A stretch of 32,000 nucleotides of DNA. Source: Erysipelotrichaceae bacterium (lineage in GTDB: Bacteria > Bacillota_I > Bacilli_A > Erysipelotrichales > Erysipelotrichaceae). Below the pieces are notes generated by a model. It saw nothing but the letters and a program-made list of their open reading frames with translations, searched no databases and was not told the DNA's origin. The position numbers were made by a program, and so were the translations under genes. This document shows, in pieces, positions 1-8,432 of this stretch; within the stretch, counting starts at the first letter, position 1, and every line of letters starts with the position of its first letter. The DNA lies in the NCBI GenBank assembly GCA_030604855.1, contig JAUVVC010000002.1:90001-122000 (forward strand). The letters are read 5' to 3'.

Positions 1-190
1 AGAAGACCATAAGCAAACCGAGGGTTGCCAAAGTTGGAATGGTTTGAAATAAATCAAACACAAAGATGACATACTTTCTAACCTTCGGGAATAGATAAGC
101 GATGATTCCAAAGATCAAACCAAATACGATGGTGAATAAAGCTGCCATAAGCACTAAATAGATGTGCTGTGTCACATGTTCTAGTTTCAT
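1..190 (-). CDS. ABC transporter permease, glycine betaine/choline/carnitine (OpuCD/OpuBD-like) family; N-terminal part only, as the gene runs off the window start
   Basis: Minus-strand ATG at 190-188, 1 nt after the TAA (194-192) of the upstream permease, preceded by a GAGGAGGA SD. My translation is MKLEHVTQHIYLVLMAALFTIVFGLIFGIIAYLFPKVRKYVIFVFDLFQTIPTLATLGLLMVF. It is hydrophobic and carries the QTIPxLA permease motif. It is absent from the ORF track because it has no stop in the window. Confidence 0.75.
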   Translation of the reverse strand, partial: MKLEHVTQHIYLVLMAALFTIVFGLIFGIIAYLFPKVRKYVIFVFDLFQTIPTLATLGLLMVF

Positions 191-191
191 A

Positions 192-839
192 TTAATTCCT
201 CCTCAAGCCACGCGGTGTGAGTTTGACTTGGACTTTGTCAATCAGAAAGCCAAGACCGATGGCCATCAAGGCCGCTGGAATCGATCCCATGACAATGAAC
301 TGTTTCATATTACTGTTGATGCCGATATAGATGAATTCACCTAAACCGCCTTGACCGATCATTGCGGCAAGAACCGCCCAACTGACCGTGTAGATGGTGG
401 ACATCCGGATCCCCGTGATGATGCTGTTGAGTGCCATTGGCAATTCAACACGCCATAAGAGAATCCAAGGATTCATACCGATGCCTCGACCCGCTTCAAT
501 CAAAGCCGGGTCCACCGTTACGATGCCTGTATAGGCATTTTTTAAGACTGGTAGAATGGCATAAACCGACAAGGCGATGATGATCGTTTCAGGACGCATT
601 CCGATGTAAATGAAGAGCACACCGATAAACACAATCCCTGGAATCGTCTGGAAAATGCCCAGTATCGGCATTAGATATTTCGCAGCTTTTTTAAAGCGCG
701 ACAAGGCAATCGCAAGAATGACCGCGATGATCGATCCGATCGTCACGGATATGATCACAAAGTAGAAATGGGTTAGGATGGCGTTCATTAGGCGTGGTGC
801 GTAACGAACCCACATGCCCCAATCAAACATTGTTCTCAC
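192..839 (-). CDS. ABC transporter permease (OpuCB/OpuBB-like compatible-solute uptake)
   Basis: 215-aa multi-TM ORF with FQTIPGIVFIGVLF and the EAGRGIGMNPW (EAA-loop) motif of binding-protein-dependent permeases. The track start at 839 is GTG. An ATG at 830 overlaps the ATPase stop (ATGTTTGA) and is equally plausible. Confidence 0.85.
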   Translation of the reverse strand: MRTMFDWGMWVRYAPRLMNAILTHFYFVIISVTIGSIIAVILAIALSRFKKAAKYLMPILGIFQTIPGIVFIGVLFIYIGMRPETIIIALSVYAILPVLKNAYTGIVTVDPALIEAGRGIGMNPWILLWRVELPMALNSIITGIRMSTIYTVSWAVLAAMIGQGGLGEFIYIGINSNMKQFIVMGSIPAALMAIGLGFLIDKVQVKLTPRGLRRN

Positions 840-1947
840 CCCACAAGGTGGTGCTTAGTGATCGAGCGATTGAGCCTTTGGTAATGATGCCGACGACTTT
901 TTGTTTGTCATTCAAGACGACAACGAAGTCTGCACGTTGATTTTGAATCGCATCCATGGCTTCTTTGGCATGGGCCTCGGTGGATAAGGTGATGACATCG
1001 TTACGAATGATGTTTTCAATCGTTTGTCCAGGGACACCACGCTTTTGAAGATCATCGATATTGACGATGCCCAAATAGGTGTTCGTTTTATCGACAACCA
1101 CAACGGAGTCCGTGCCTTTACTGCGCATCAATTCCAAACTCTCAAGAACCTTACGTTTCGAATCCACCTTTAAGACATTGGTCTTCATGATCTCACCACA
1201 GGTCAACTCAATCGTATTGTTTTGTTTTGTATGCTTACCCATGAACTGACGGATGATATCCGCTTTCGGATTTCTTAACATTTCCTCAGGGCTGTCCATT
1301 TGGACGATGTCCCCTTTATCCATAAAGACGATTTTATCGCCTAGTTTAATGGCTTCTTCCATGTCATGGGTGACAAACACGGTTGTGATGTTCAACTTTT
1401 GTTGAAGATCCTTGAGTTCTTCCTGTAAAGTATCCCGTGTGATGGGATCCAGGGCCCCGAAGGGTTCATCCATCAAGAGGACAGGGGGGCGTGCGGCGAG
1501 AGCTCTGAGCACTCCGACACGTTGTTGTTGACCACCGGACATCTCATTGGGATATTTATGGGCGTATTCTTCATAGGGAAGATCGACCATCTCCAAGAGT
1601 TCACGAACACGTTTGTCCATGTCTTCTTTCTCCCATTTCAGGAGCCTTGGAACGACACTGATGTTCTGTGCAACGGTCATGTTGGGGAATAAGCCAATCT
1701 GTTGGATGACGTACCCAATGTGTGTTCTTAAATCGGTTAAATCTTTTTGTGTTATATCTTCATTGTCAATTAATATCTTTCCAGAATCCATGGGTATCAA
1801 TCGATTGATCATCTTTAAAGTGGTCGTTTTACCACAGCCGGATGGACCAATAAGTACAATAAATTCACCATCGTTGATGGTAAAACTTAAGTCATTAATG
1901 ATTGGTTTTCCATGATAAGATTTGGAAATATGCTGAAATTCAATCAT
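823..1947 (-). CDS. Compatible-solute ABC transporter ATP-binding protein with C-terminal tandem CBS domains (OpuCA-like)
   Basis: Walker A GPSGCGKTT, signature MSGGQQQRV, Walker B LLMDEPFGALD and a C-terminal CBS pair. I place the start at the ATG at 1947 (MIEFQHISKSY), 8 nt after a TAGGAGGAAA SD. The longer track ORF (to 2022) has no SD. Confidence 0.9.
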   Translation of the reverse strand: MIEFQHISKSYHGKPIINDLSFTINDGEFIVLIGPSGCGKTTTLKMINRLIPMDSGKILIDNEDITQKDLTDLRTHIGYVIQQIGLFPNMTVAQNISVVPRLLKWEKEDMDKRVRELLEMVDLPYEEYAHKYPNEMSGGQQQRVGVLRALAARPPVLLMDEPFGALDPITRDTLQEELKDLQQKLNITTVFVTHDMEEAIKLGDKIVFMDKGDIVQMDSPEEMLRNPKADIIRQFMGKHTKQNNTIELTCGEIMKTNVLKVDSKRKVLESLELMRSKGTDSVVVVDKTNTYLGIVNIDDLQKRGVPGQTIENIIRNDVITLSTEAHAKEAMDAIQNQRADFVVVLNDKQKVVGIITKGSIARSLSTTLWGENNV

Positions 1948-2130
1948 AGTTTTCCTCCTATTCACGCAAATATACCAACATTTTATCATATAAATGTCTC
2001 TAATTAAAATTATAAGAGCCAATTAGTGACGAAATAGTTCATCTCGGCACAATCAAAAGTTACATATAAGTAAGTAAATAAAGGGGATTATTGAAATGTG
2101 ATAAATTTGTGAAAATATTTTATTCAGGCA

Positions 2131-2154
2131 CAAAATAACCGCTCATTGCGGTTA
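2131..2154 (-). terminator. Rho-independent terminator after the thioredoxin-like gene
   Basis: Stem TAACCGC (2136-2142) / GCGGTTA (2148-2154) with a 5-nt loop. On the minus strand it is followed by TTTTG (rc of 2131-2135). The stop codon lies in the stem. Confidence 0.55.
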
Positions 2155-2475
2155 GTTTTTGAGTATATCGAGCATGCGCTCTATTTTTGCGAAGTCTATG
2201 AAACGGCTTTCACGCAGTACCTCCTTACCTTCAAAGAAGACAAGGATGGTTGGAACCGTGAAAATCAAATGCTGCCCAGCAATGTCTGGAAACTGCTCCG
2301 CATCAATCTTGACGGTGGGATTTGTGTAGTCCTGCATCAAAGCTTCCAATTTTGGGAAGATGGATTTACAGACATTACACGTGGTTGTTGTGAAGTAGAG
2401 GACGATTGCTTCGGAAGGATTCGCAAATAGGGTGTCGAATTGTTCTTGAGAGGAAAGGATTATGGTTGGATTCAT
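2152..2475 (-). CDS. Thioredoxin-family protein (CxxC = CNVC)
   Basis: About 107 aa with YFTTTTCNVCK (CxxC) and a downstream TVPT cis-Pro loop, typical of the thioredoxin fold. ATG at 2475 is preferred. The track ORF starts at GTG 2493, overlapping the upstream gene. Confidence 0.7.
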   Translation of the reverse strand: MNPTIILSSQEQFDTLFANPSEAIVLYFTTTTCNVCKSIFPKLEALMQDYTNPTVKIDAEQFPDIAGQHLIFTVPTILVFFEGKEVLRESRFIDFAKIERMLDILKN

Positions 2476-2480
2476 GGCGT

Positions 2481-3164
2481 TCACTTTCTGCACTTGGATA
2501 CGAAATCATTGAAAAGTGCTTGGAACGGAGCGATTGCTGTCATTCGTTCCGGATGCCATTGTACGGCAAGGATACCATCGGTTTCAAGTGCTTCGACCAG
2601 ACCATCTTGTGCGTGGGCAGAGGCCATCAAGTTGGACGCAAGTTCTTTGATGCCTTGGTGATGATAACTGTTTACTTCAATCTTTGATCCAAGCAAGGTA
2701 TAAAGATGGGAATTCACATCCACTTCGATCCAATGACCTTTCAAAGGATCCTTATGGTTTAAACTATGGTTGTGATCCAAAGTGGTATCGGTTTGACTTG
2801 GAAGATCTTGGTATAAACTTCCACCGAAAGCCACATTGATGATTTGAAGTCCCCGGCAGATACCAAAGATGGGTTTCTTCTGTTCAGCCATGTAAAGGAT
2901 GGCTTCGATATCGAGTGTCTCAATCTCGTCTTCAATCGGGAAACTCCCATCATTCATTTCGGCATAGGTTATTGGGTTGACGTCATTCCCCCCTGGAACG
3001 AGCAAACCATCACAATGATCTAAGAAAAAATGAAGATTTTCAATCGACATGGGGGGGAGGATGATGCAGTCCGCACCAGCGTAGGTGAGACCATCGAAAT
3101 ACGCTTGATTCACGGTGTATCTTTCATCGTTGATACGGCTTAAAAGGGCGATTTTTGGTTTCAT
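2481..3164 (-). CDS. Class I glutamine amidotransferase, peptidase C26 / gamma-glutamyl-GABA hydrolase (PuuD-like) family
   Basis: 227 aa with GICRGLQIINVAFGGSLYQDL (nucleophile Cys elbow), SYHHQG and WHPE motifs. Confidence 0.85.
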   Translation of the reverse strand: MKPKIALLSRINDERYTVNQAYFDGLTYAGADCIILPPMSIENLHFFLDHCDGLLVPGGNDVNPITYAEMNDGSFPIEDEIETLDIEAILYMAEQKKPIFGICRGLQIINVAFGGSLYQDLPSQTDTTLDHNHSLNHKDPLKGHWIEVDVNSHLYTLLGSKIEVNSYHHQGIKELASNLMASAHAQDGLVEALETDGILAVQWHPERMTAIAPFQALFNDFVSKCRK

Positions 3165-3289
3165 AGAGTAATTATAACGAAAAACAATTCGATCTGCATA
3201 TTGTTTAGTGTTTTCTAAAAATAATGTTAAAATATCTTTACCGCTCTACTTGAATACTAGCCTTATAATTAAGCACAAGGAGATACAAT

Positions 3290-4216
3290 ATGCGTCTTGG
3301 GGTCATTGACTTAGGTTCGAATACCATTCGTTTGGTGGTCTATCAATGGAATGGTCAAAGTTTGGAAGTTCTTGAAAATGTAAAACATCATACGCGAAAC
3401 ATCAAATTCGTTCGCCATGCACAGATGAGTAAGGAAGGCTTGGATTACATCGTAGCCTCTGTCAAGGAATTGATGGTCATTGCCCGTGCTTACGATACGG
3501 ATCATTTGCATATCTTTGCGACGGCTTCTTTGCGCAATATCAAAAATTCAGATGAGGCGGTATCTTATATTGAGAATGAAGTCGAACATGTGATCGATTT
3601 GCTCAATGGTGATGAAGAAAGTCTTTTTGGATTCGAAGGCATGCGCCGTAATGTCAGTTTACCTTTGGAAGGTTTGAGTGTGGACATCGGTGGAGCATCC
3701 ACGGAGATCACCTATTTCAAAAACAACAAGGCGGTCTTTATGGGTTCACTGCCCATGGGTAGTCTTAACCTTTTCATTCAGCATGTCCATAATGTCATGC
3801 CTACGGAATCCGAACAGTTCCTAATTCGACTCGATGTCCAAAATCACTTGGAGTCCCTTGTTTGGTTGAATCAATTGAAAGTGAACAGTGTCATTGGGAT
3901 TGGGGGTTCCGCGCGTGCGATCATGCGTCTGCATCAAGCTAAGTATGATATCAATACTTCCATATATGATATTCATTTAAGTAAGAAACGGGTATCTGAG
4001 TTGGCGAACTTCAATATGGATCAGCGGGATATCGAAACACGTTTGATACTTAAAGCGATCCCTGATCGTATGACCACAGTCATTCCAGGAGCGATCATCA
4101 TTGATGAAATCATGAATTTGATCCATGCGGATGATTATATGGTTTCATTGTATGGTGTTCGTGAAGGTTATCTCTTCAATCGCATCTTAAAAGATATAGA
4201 AATGGCTAAACAGTAA
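3290..4216 (+). CDS. Ppx/GppA family phosphatase (exopolyphosphatase-like)
   Basis: N-terminal GVIDLGSNTIRLVVY and DIGGASTE ASKHA-fold phosphate motifs. AAGGAGA SD upstream of the ATG at 3290. Confidence 0.85.
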   Translation: MRLGVIDLGSNTIRLVVYQWNGQSLEVLENVKHHTRNIKFVRHAQMSKEGLDYIVASVKELMVIARAYDTDHLHIFATASLRNIKNSDEAVSYIENEVEHVIDLLNGDEESLFGFEGMRRNVSLPLEGLSVDIGGASTEITYFKNNKAVFMGSLPMGSLNLFIQHVHNVMPTESEQFLIRLDVQNHLESLVWLNQLKVNSVIGIGGSARAIMRLHQAKYDINTSIYDIHLSKKRVSELANFNMDQRDIETRLILKAIPDRMTTVIPGAIIIDEIMNLIHADDYMVSLYGVREGYLFNRILKDIEMAKQ

Positions 4217-4219
4217 AAA

Positions 4220-5074
4220 ATGAAAACAGTGTTTTTAGACATCGATGGAACGCTCGTTGCCGATAAGGGCATCGTTCCTGAAACCGCAATCAAGGCGATC
4301 AAACTTGCACAGAAAAATGGTCACAAAATCTTTTTATGTACCGGTCGTGCCATGCCTGAGATTTATCCCTTTATCTTAGATATTGGGTTTGATGGCATTA
4401 TTGCCTGTGGTGGCAACTATGTCGTCACAGAAGGACATACATTATTGGATCGAGCCTTCACTCGTGAAGACTTGGAAGAGCTTTATGCTTATTTCCATAA
4501 ACATGACATTGATTTTTATGCGGAAGCCAATTCAGGCTTGTATATGAGTCGAGGCTGCGATCGTCATCTTCAAAGTATGATTGATGAGCCTGAGGCTTTT
4601 GGAATCTCAATGCATGTTTCGGAGTCTTTGGCGCATTTTAAAAGTCATTTGATCGCAAAGGATGATTTGCTTATCTCGGATATCAATAAGATTTCATTTT
4701 TGGGATCTGACCATCCTTTTGAAGAACTTGCCAAACACTTTGAAGATAAGTTTGAATTGTTTGATTTGGTGGTTCCGGTTTTTGGTAAAAACAGTGGTGA
4801 AATCTCCATCAAAGGAACCGATAAGGTCAAAGGCATTCAATTGATCATGGATCACTATGGCTGTGATCATGAACATACCGTTGCGATGGGGGATGGCAAT
4901 AACGATTTAAGCATGCTTAAGTATTGTGAAGTCGGGGTTGCGATGGGCAATGCGACGCCACAGCTTAAAGAAGTCGCTCAGATCGTGAGTGATCATGTGA
5001 ATGATGATGGTTTGGCGAAGGCGTTTAAATTAACGGGATTGATCGAGGAGGACACATGGAATATTTCAAATTAA
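4220..5074 (+). CDS. Cof-type HAD-IIB family hydrolase (sugar-phosphate phosphatase-like)
   Basis: Motif I FLDIDGTL, motif II CTGR, motif IV GDGNNDLSML. Starts 3 nt after the ppx stop. Confidence 0.85.
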   Translation: MKTVFLDIDGTLVADKGIVPETAIKAIKLAQKNGHKIFLCTGRAMPEIYPFILDIGFDGIIACGGNYVVTEGHTLLDRAFTREDLEELYAYFHKHDIDFYAEANSGLYMSRGCDRHLQSMIDEPEAFGISMHVSESLAHFKSHLIAKDDLLISDINKISFLGSDHPFEELAKHFEDKFELFDLVVPVFGKNSGEISIKGTDKVKGIQLIMDHYGCDHEHTVAMGDGNNDLSMLKYCEVGVAMGNATPQLKEVAQIVSDHVNDDGLAKAFKLTGLIEEDTWNISN

Positions 5075-5865
5075 GCAATGGGATTGAAATCCCAGCATTG
5101 GGTTTCGGGACGTGGAAGGTTAAAGGTGAGGATTGCGTCAAGGCGGTTAAAACGGCGATAGAAGTGGGTTATCGACACATCGATACCGCTTGGGTTTATA
5201 AGAATGAAAAGGAAGTGGGTCAAGCGATTCGAGAAAGTGGAGTTCCACGAACAGACTTTTTCATCACAAGCAAGTGTTGGAATGATCACCGCGGTTATGA
5301 AGCGACTCTGAAGGCATTTGAAGTTTCATGCGAGAATTTGGGGACAGAATATTTGGATCTCTATCTCTTGCATTGGCCAAAGCCCTTGGATGCACAGAGT
5401 TGGCGAGCCATGGAAGAACTCTATGAAGCAGGACGCATCAAGGCAATCGGGGTGAGCAATTATCATAGACATCACTTGGAAGATTTGAAGAAGACTGCAC
5501 GCATTCTACCCATGGTCGATCAAATCGAGTTCTCTCCACGTTTGACGCAAGAACCCTTGAGGACTTATCTCAAAGAAGAGGGGATTCAAATGGAAGCTTG
5601 GAGTCCTTTGATGCAAGGACAAGTCTTTGATATTGATGTTTTAAAGGAACTTGCATCAAAATACAATAAATCGATTGCTCAAATCGTTCTCCGATGGAAC
5701 ATTGACAAAGGTGTCGTTGTATTGCCGAAATCCGTGACGGCTTCACGCATCAAAGAAAACTTTGAAGTGTTCGACTTCAGCTTGGATCCTAAAGACATCG
5801 AGCGTATCGATGCCTTGAATCAAAACATTCGTACGGGTGCGGATCCGGACAACTTCGACTTTTAA
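5056..5865 (+). CDS. Aldo/keto reductase (2,5-diketo-D-gluconate / glyoxal reductase-like)
   Basis: 269 aa with GFGTW, YRHIDTAWVYKNE, LDLYLLHWP and GVSNY motifs of the AKR superfamily. Overlaps the HAD gene by 19 nt. Confidence 0.9.
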   Translation: MEYFKLSNGIEIPALGFGTWKVKGEDCVKAVKTAIEVGYRHIDTAWVYKNEKEVGQAIRESGVPRTDFFITSKCWNDHRGYEATLKAFEVSCENLGTEYLDLYLLHWPKPLDAQSWRAMEELYEAGRIKAIGVSNYHRHHLEDLKKTARILPMVDQIEFSPRLTQEPLRTYLKEEGIQMEAWSPLMQGQVFDIDVLKELASKYNKSIAQIVLRWNIDKGVVVLPKSVTASRIKENFEVFDFSLDPKDIERIDALNQNIRTGADPDNFDF

Positions 5866-5903
5866 AAAAAGCTGTAACCATGATTCGGTTACAGCTCTTT
5901 TTT
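5864..5903. terminator. Bidirectional rho-independent terminator between convergent AKR and hydrogenase genes
   Basis: A7 run (5864-5870), 9-bp stem GCTGTAACC (5871-5879) / GGTTACAGC (5887-5895), then TCTTTTTT (5896-5903). The T-tracts can be read on either strand. Confidence 0.85.
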
Positions 5904-7374
5904 AAGTGTTTTCGTGATGACGATGTACGTTGATGTCACTGAAGTCGTAAAGCTCCAAGGTCTGCTTGATCGTACGACTGAGATGGGGCGCATTCTCCTT
6001 GTCCACTTTCTGCTTGACCTTTGGGGTGTTGGTGATGACGGCGGGTCCGTTAGCACAACCGCCTTTACAGGACATACCTTCACAGATGCTTGCAGGGAAA
6101 CGACCTGCTTTGATGATCATCATGGCTTTCTTGCATTCATGGATGCCATCGGCATACTGAGCGGTGAATGCGAAATTATCATCTTCTTTGATGGCTTGAA
6201 CCAAAGCTTTGGAGACGCCGCCCCCAAAGGCGAAGTTGCGTGCGAAGATGCTGGCTTCGAGATTGGGTTGAGCTTCGAGTTCACTCAGGTAGATGTGTTG
6301 GGAGACCAACATTGCCGCGATTTCTTCGTAAGTCAAGACATAATCGACTTCTTGTCCATCCATGCCTTCTTGTTTCTTAGCGACGCAAGGTCCAATGAAC
6401 ACCACGGAATAGTCGGGATATTTCTTTTTGATATAGCGTGCCATCGCAACCATCGGTGATACCATGGTCGACATGTTTTTATGATAGACATCAGGATAAT
6501 GTTGGCGTGCGAGGTTGACGAATGCTGGACAACAGGAGGTCGTCATGGTCACATTCTCAGCCATCTTTTCACGCAATTCATCTTTTTCATACCAAGCAAC
6601 CACATCCGCGCCTACTGCGACTTCCACAACTTCGGCAAAACCGAGTTTTTTAATGCCCAGTTTGATTTGGTCTAAATTGGCACTGTCGAATTGTCCTTGA
6701 ATGGAAGGGGCGATCATGGCGACCGTAGGTTTACCTTCACGGATATCGTTGATGACATTGACGATCCAAGATTGATCTTCGATGGCTCCGAATGGACATG
6801 CGGATTGACAAGCAGCACAATTGATGCACTTTTCTTCATCGATGAGTGCGATGTTGTATTCATCGTATGAGATTGCATCGACCGCACAGGATGCCTTACA
6901 GGGACGCGGAGTATCAATGATCGCATTGAATGGACAAGCTTTTGCACAAGCCCCACATTCAACACATTTGTTGTAGTCGATGACCGCTCGATCTGCTCCA
7001 AAACTGATCGCATCAAATTTACAGGCTGTACGACAACTCTTGGCCATGCATTTACGACAGTTGTCTGTGATCAAAATTCTACGGATGGTACAACCATCAC
7101 AAGCGGCATCCAAGACCTTGACGATCTGCTTTGGACGTACCTTTTGGTCTTTCTTTACGGTAGGGCATTTTCCCATGGCGACACGGACACGTTGACGTAT
7201 GATTTCACGTTCTTTGTATACGCAACAGCGGAAATCGGCTGTCATGCCTGGTATCAACTTATACGCCATCTCATCGTCAAATTTGTCGGTGAGCGTGCCA
7301 TCGAAGGCTTTGATTGAAACTTCTCTTAATACATCGAATTTAAACTGTCTTGCCTCATGATCAAATAGTCCCAT
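5902..7374 (-). CDS. Monomeric [FeFe]-hydrogenase with multiple N-terminal 4Fe-4S ferredoxin-like clusters
   Basis: H-cluster signatures TSCCPAF (P1), GPCVAKKQE (P2) and EGMSCKGGCANGP (P3). Two canonical CxxCxxCxxxCP motifs plus additional Cys clusters. AAGGGGAA SD before the ATG at 7374. Confidence 0.9.
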   Translation of the reverse strand: MGLFDHEARQFKFDVLREVSIKAFDGTLTDKFDDEMAYKLIPGMTADFRCCVYKEREIIRQRVRVAMGKCPTVKKDQKVRPKQIVKVLDAACDGCTIRRILITDNCRKCMAKSCRTACKFDAISFGADRAVIDYNKCVECGACAKACPFNAIIDTPRPCKASCAVDAISYDEYNIALIDEEKCINCAACQSACPFGAIEDQSWIVNVINDIREGKPTVAMIAPSIQGQFDSANLDQIKLGIKKLGFAEVVEVAVGADVVAWYEKDELREKMAENVTMTTSCCPAFVNLARQHYPDVYHKNMSTMVSPMVAMARYIKKKYPDYSVVFIGPCVAKKQEGMDGQEVDYVLTYEEIAAMLVSQHIYLSELEAQPNLEASIFARNFAFGGGVSKALVQAIKEDDNFAFTAQYADGIHECKKAMMIIKAGRFPASICEGMSCKGGCANGPAVITNTPKVKQKVDKENAPHLSRTIKQTLELYDFSDINVHRHHENT

Positions 7375-7406
7375 AACGTTCCCCTTGTTAAATGTTTCAC
7401 AACAAT

Positions 7407-7435
7407 TTTATATCATGAAGCTTACATTTAAGTAA
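7407..7435 (-). promoter_or_regulatory. Putative sigma-A promoter of the hydrogenase gene
   Basis: On the minus strand: TTACTT (rc of 7430-7435), a 17-nt spacer ending in TGA, then TATAAA (rc of 7407-7412), i.e. an extended -10. It lies about 30 nt upstream of the start codon. Confidence 0.4.
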
Positions 7436-7525
7436 TGATGAAATGATGATGAGAACGTTTACAAAAATGATTTCATGCGAAACTTATAAAAGAGACTTGA
7501 AAATATACTTAATTAATTAAAATAT

Positions 7526-8320
7526 TCACAAGTTAGGTTGAATATGGATTTCATCATTAAAGAGGAAGCATGGTGTTCCATCCTCTTTTTTTACCAGAAG
7601 GGTGCCATTCGCTTGAATATCCACGATTTGCACAACTGTTTTGATGCCTTCGATCGTAGTTGTGATGAAGGTTCCTGCAGGCAGCATATGCAATCGATAG
7701 AGTGGAAGAATGTCGTCTTGTTTTAATAGATCTTCAAAAATTGAAAAGAATCGAATCAGGATTTGATTACGATCGAGGGTCTTGGGAACGACCTCCTCAA
7801 GTGCGATCGCATTCAAGTCACTCAAGTCTTGAAGATAGACATTCAAACCAAAACCGATGACCACATCCATAGCTCCTGCATGATGGAGTGTCTCAATCAG
7901 AATTCCTGCGAGTTTCTGATTATTTATAACCAAGTCATTCGGCCATTTGATTTGAATGTTCGTTTGATACAAATCATGAAGGGTGAGTGTGAGCGCAAGA
8001 GCGGTCGCAAAACTGATGTGATTTAGTTTTTGAACATCCACATGCTTTAACAGAAATGAACAATAGATGCCTTTATCACGTTCAGATTTGAAATGGCGTT
8101 TAAAACGTCCTCGACCAGCGTTTTGTTGATTTGCCAAAACAAGGGTTCTATCTGGCAAAGAGGTTGCGTGTTCTTTTAAGTATGTGTTCGTCGAAGCGAT
8201 GTCATCAAAGATCGTATGGACATGCCAGACATCCAGATGTGCATTCAAATATGGGTGTGAATAAGGGATGATGTTGGACATGAGATGATTGTAGTTAAAA
8301 TATGTGAACATTGCAAACAA
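7526..8320 (-). CDS. birA: Biotin--[acetyl-CoA-carboxylase] ligase, group I (no N-terminal HTH)
   Basis: GRGRFKRHF (the GRGRxxRxW-type biotin/ATP loop), KWPNDL, and a C-terminal SH3-like tail. The start is uncertain: TTG 8320, ATG 8311 or ATG 8281, none with an SD. The protein is too short (251-264 aa) to hold a wHTH repressor domain. Confidence 0.85.
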   Translation of the reverse strand: MFAMFTYFNYNHLMSNIIPYSHPYLNAHLDVWHVHTIFDDIASTNTYLKEHATSLPDRTLVLANQQNAGRGRFKRHFKSERDKGIYCSFLLKHVDVQKLNHISFATALALTLTLHDLYQTNIQIKWPNDLVINNQKLAGILIETLHHAGAMDVVIGFGLNVYLQDLSDLNAIALEEVVPKTLDRNQILIRFFSIFEDLLKQDDILPLYRLHMLPAGTFITTTIEGIKTVVQIVDIQANGTLLVKKEDGTPCFLFNDEIHIQPNL

Positions 8321-8333
8321 TTATACGTAAGTG

Positions 8334-8365
8334 TCACACATTTTCACACAAATATCACACAAATA
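8334..8365. repeat. Phased direct repeats TCACACA x3 (10/11-bp spacing), including a perfect tandem 11-mer TCACACAAATA x2
   Basis: TCACACA occurs at 8334-8340, 8344-8350 and 8355-8361. Positions 8344-8354 and 8355-8365 are identical. The first copy lies within the near-palindrome GTGTcACAC (8331-8339). The array sits between the birA start and the acpP -35. Confidence 0.8.
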
Positions 8366-8367
8366 TC

Positions 8368-8395
8368 TTTACAAATGGTTATTTGCTCGTATAAT
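8368..8395 (+). promoter_or_regulatory. Putative sigma-A promoter of the acpP-acc-fab operon
   Basis: TTTACA (8368-8373), a 16-nt spacer, then TATAAT (8390-8395), about 37 nt upstream of the acpP ATG. Confidence 0.55.
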
Positions 8396-8432
8396 TGCAG
8401 TTATGTTTCGATTGAAACAAAGGAGATTAATC

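Noticed and set aside
3305-3325. GGTTCGAAT, a tRNA T-arm-like string.
   Set aside because: It encodes the GSNT phosphate-binding motif of Ppx/GppA, and no cloverleaf can be built around it. I found no tRNA or rRNA anywhere in the window.
7490-7525. TTAATTAATTAA palindrome downstream of birA as a terminator or protein-binding site.
   Set aside because: It is pure AT with no stable stem or T-tract arrangement. It is most simply low-complexity intergenic sequence containing stop codons in all frames.
8331-8432. 5' extension of the acpP ORF (109 aa), and the analogous extensions of fabK (13022-13084), the NPD paralogue (14013-14024), hpf (30449-30508), the dipeptidase (29436-29468) and the opuCA-like gene (1948-2022).
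   Set aside because: The extensions use non-ATG starts without an SD, and they cover promoter sequence or the upstream gene. Internal ATGs with good SDs give proteins of canonical length and N-termini.
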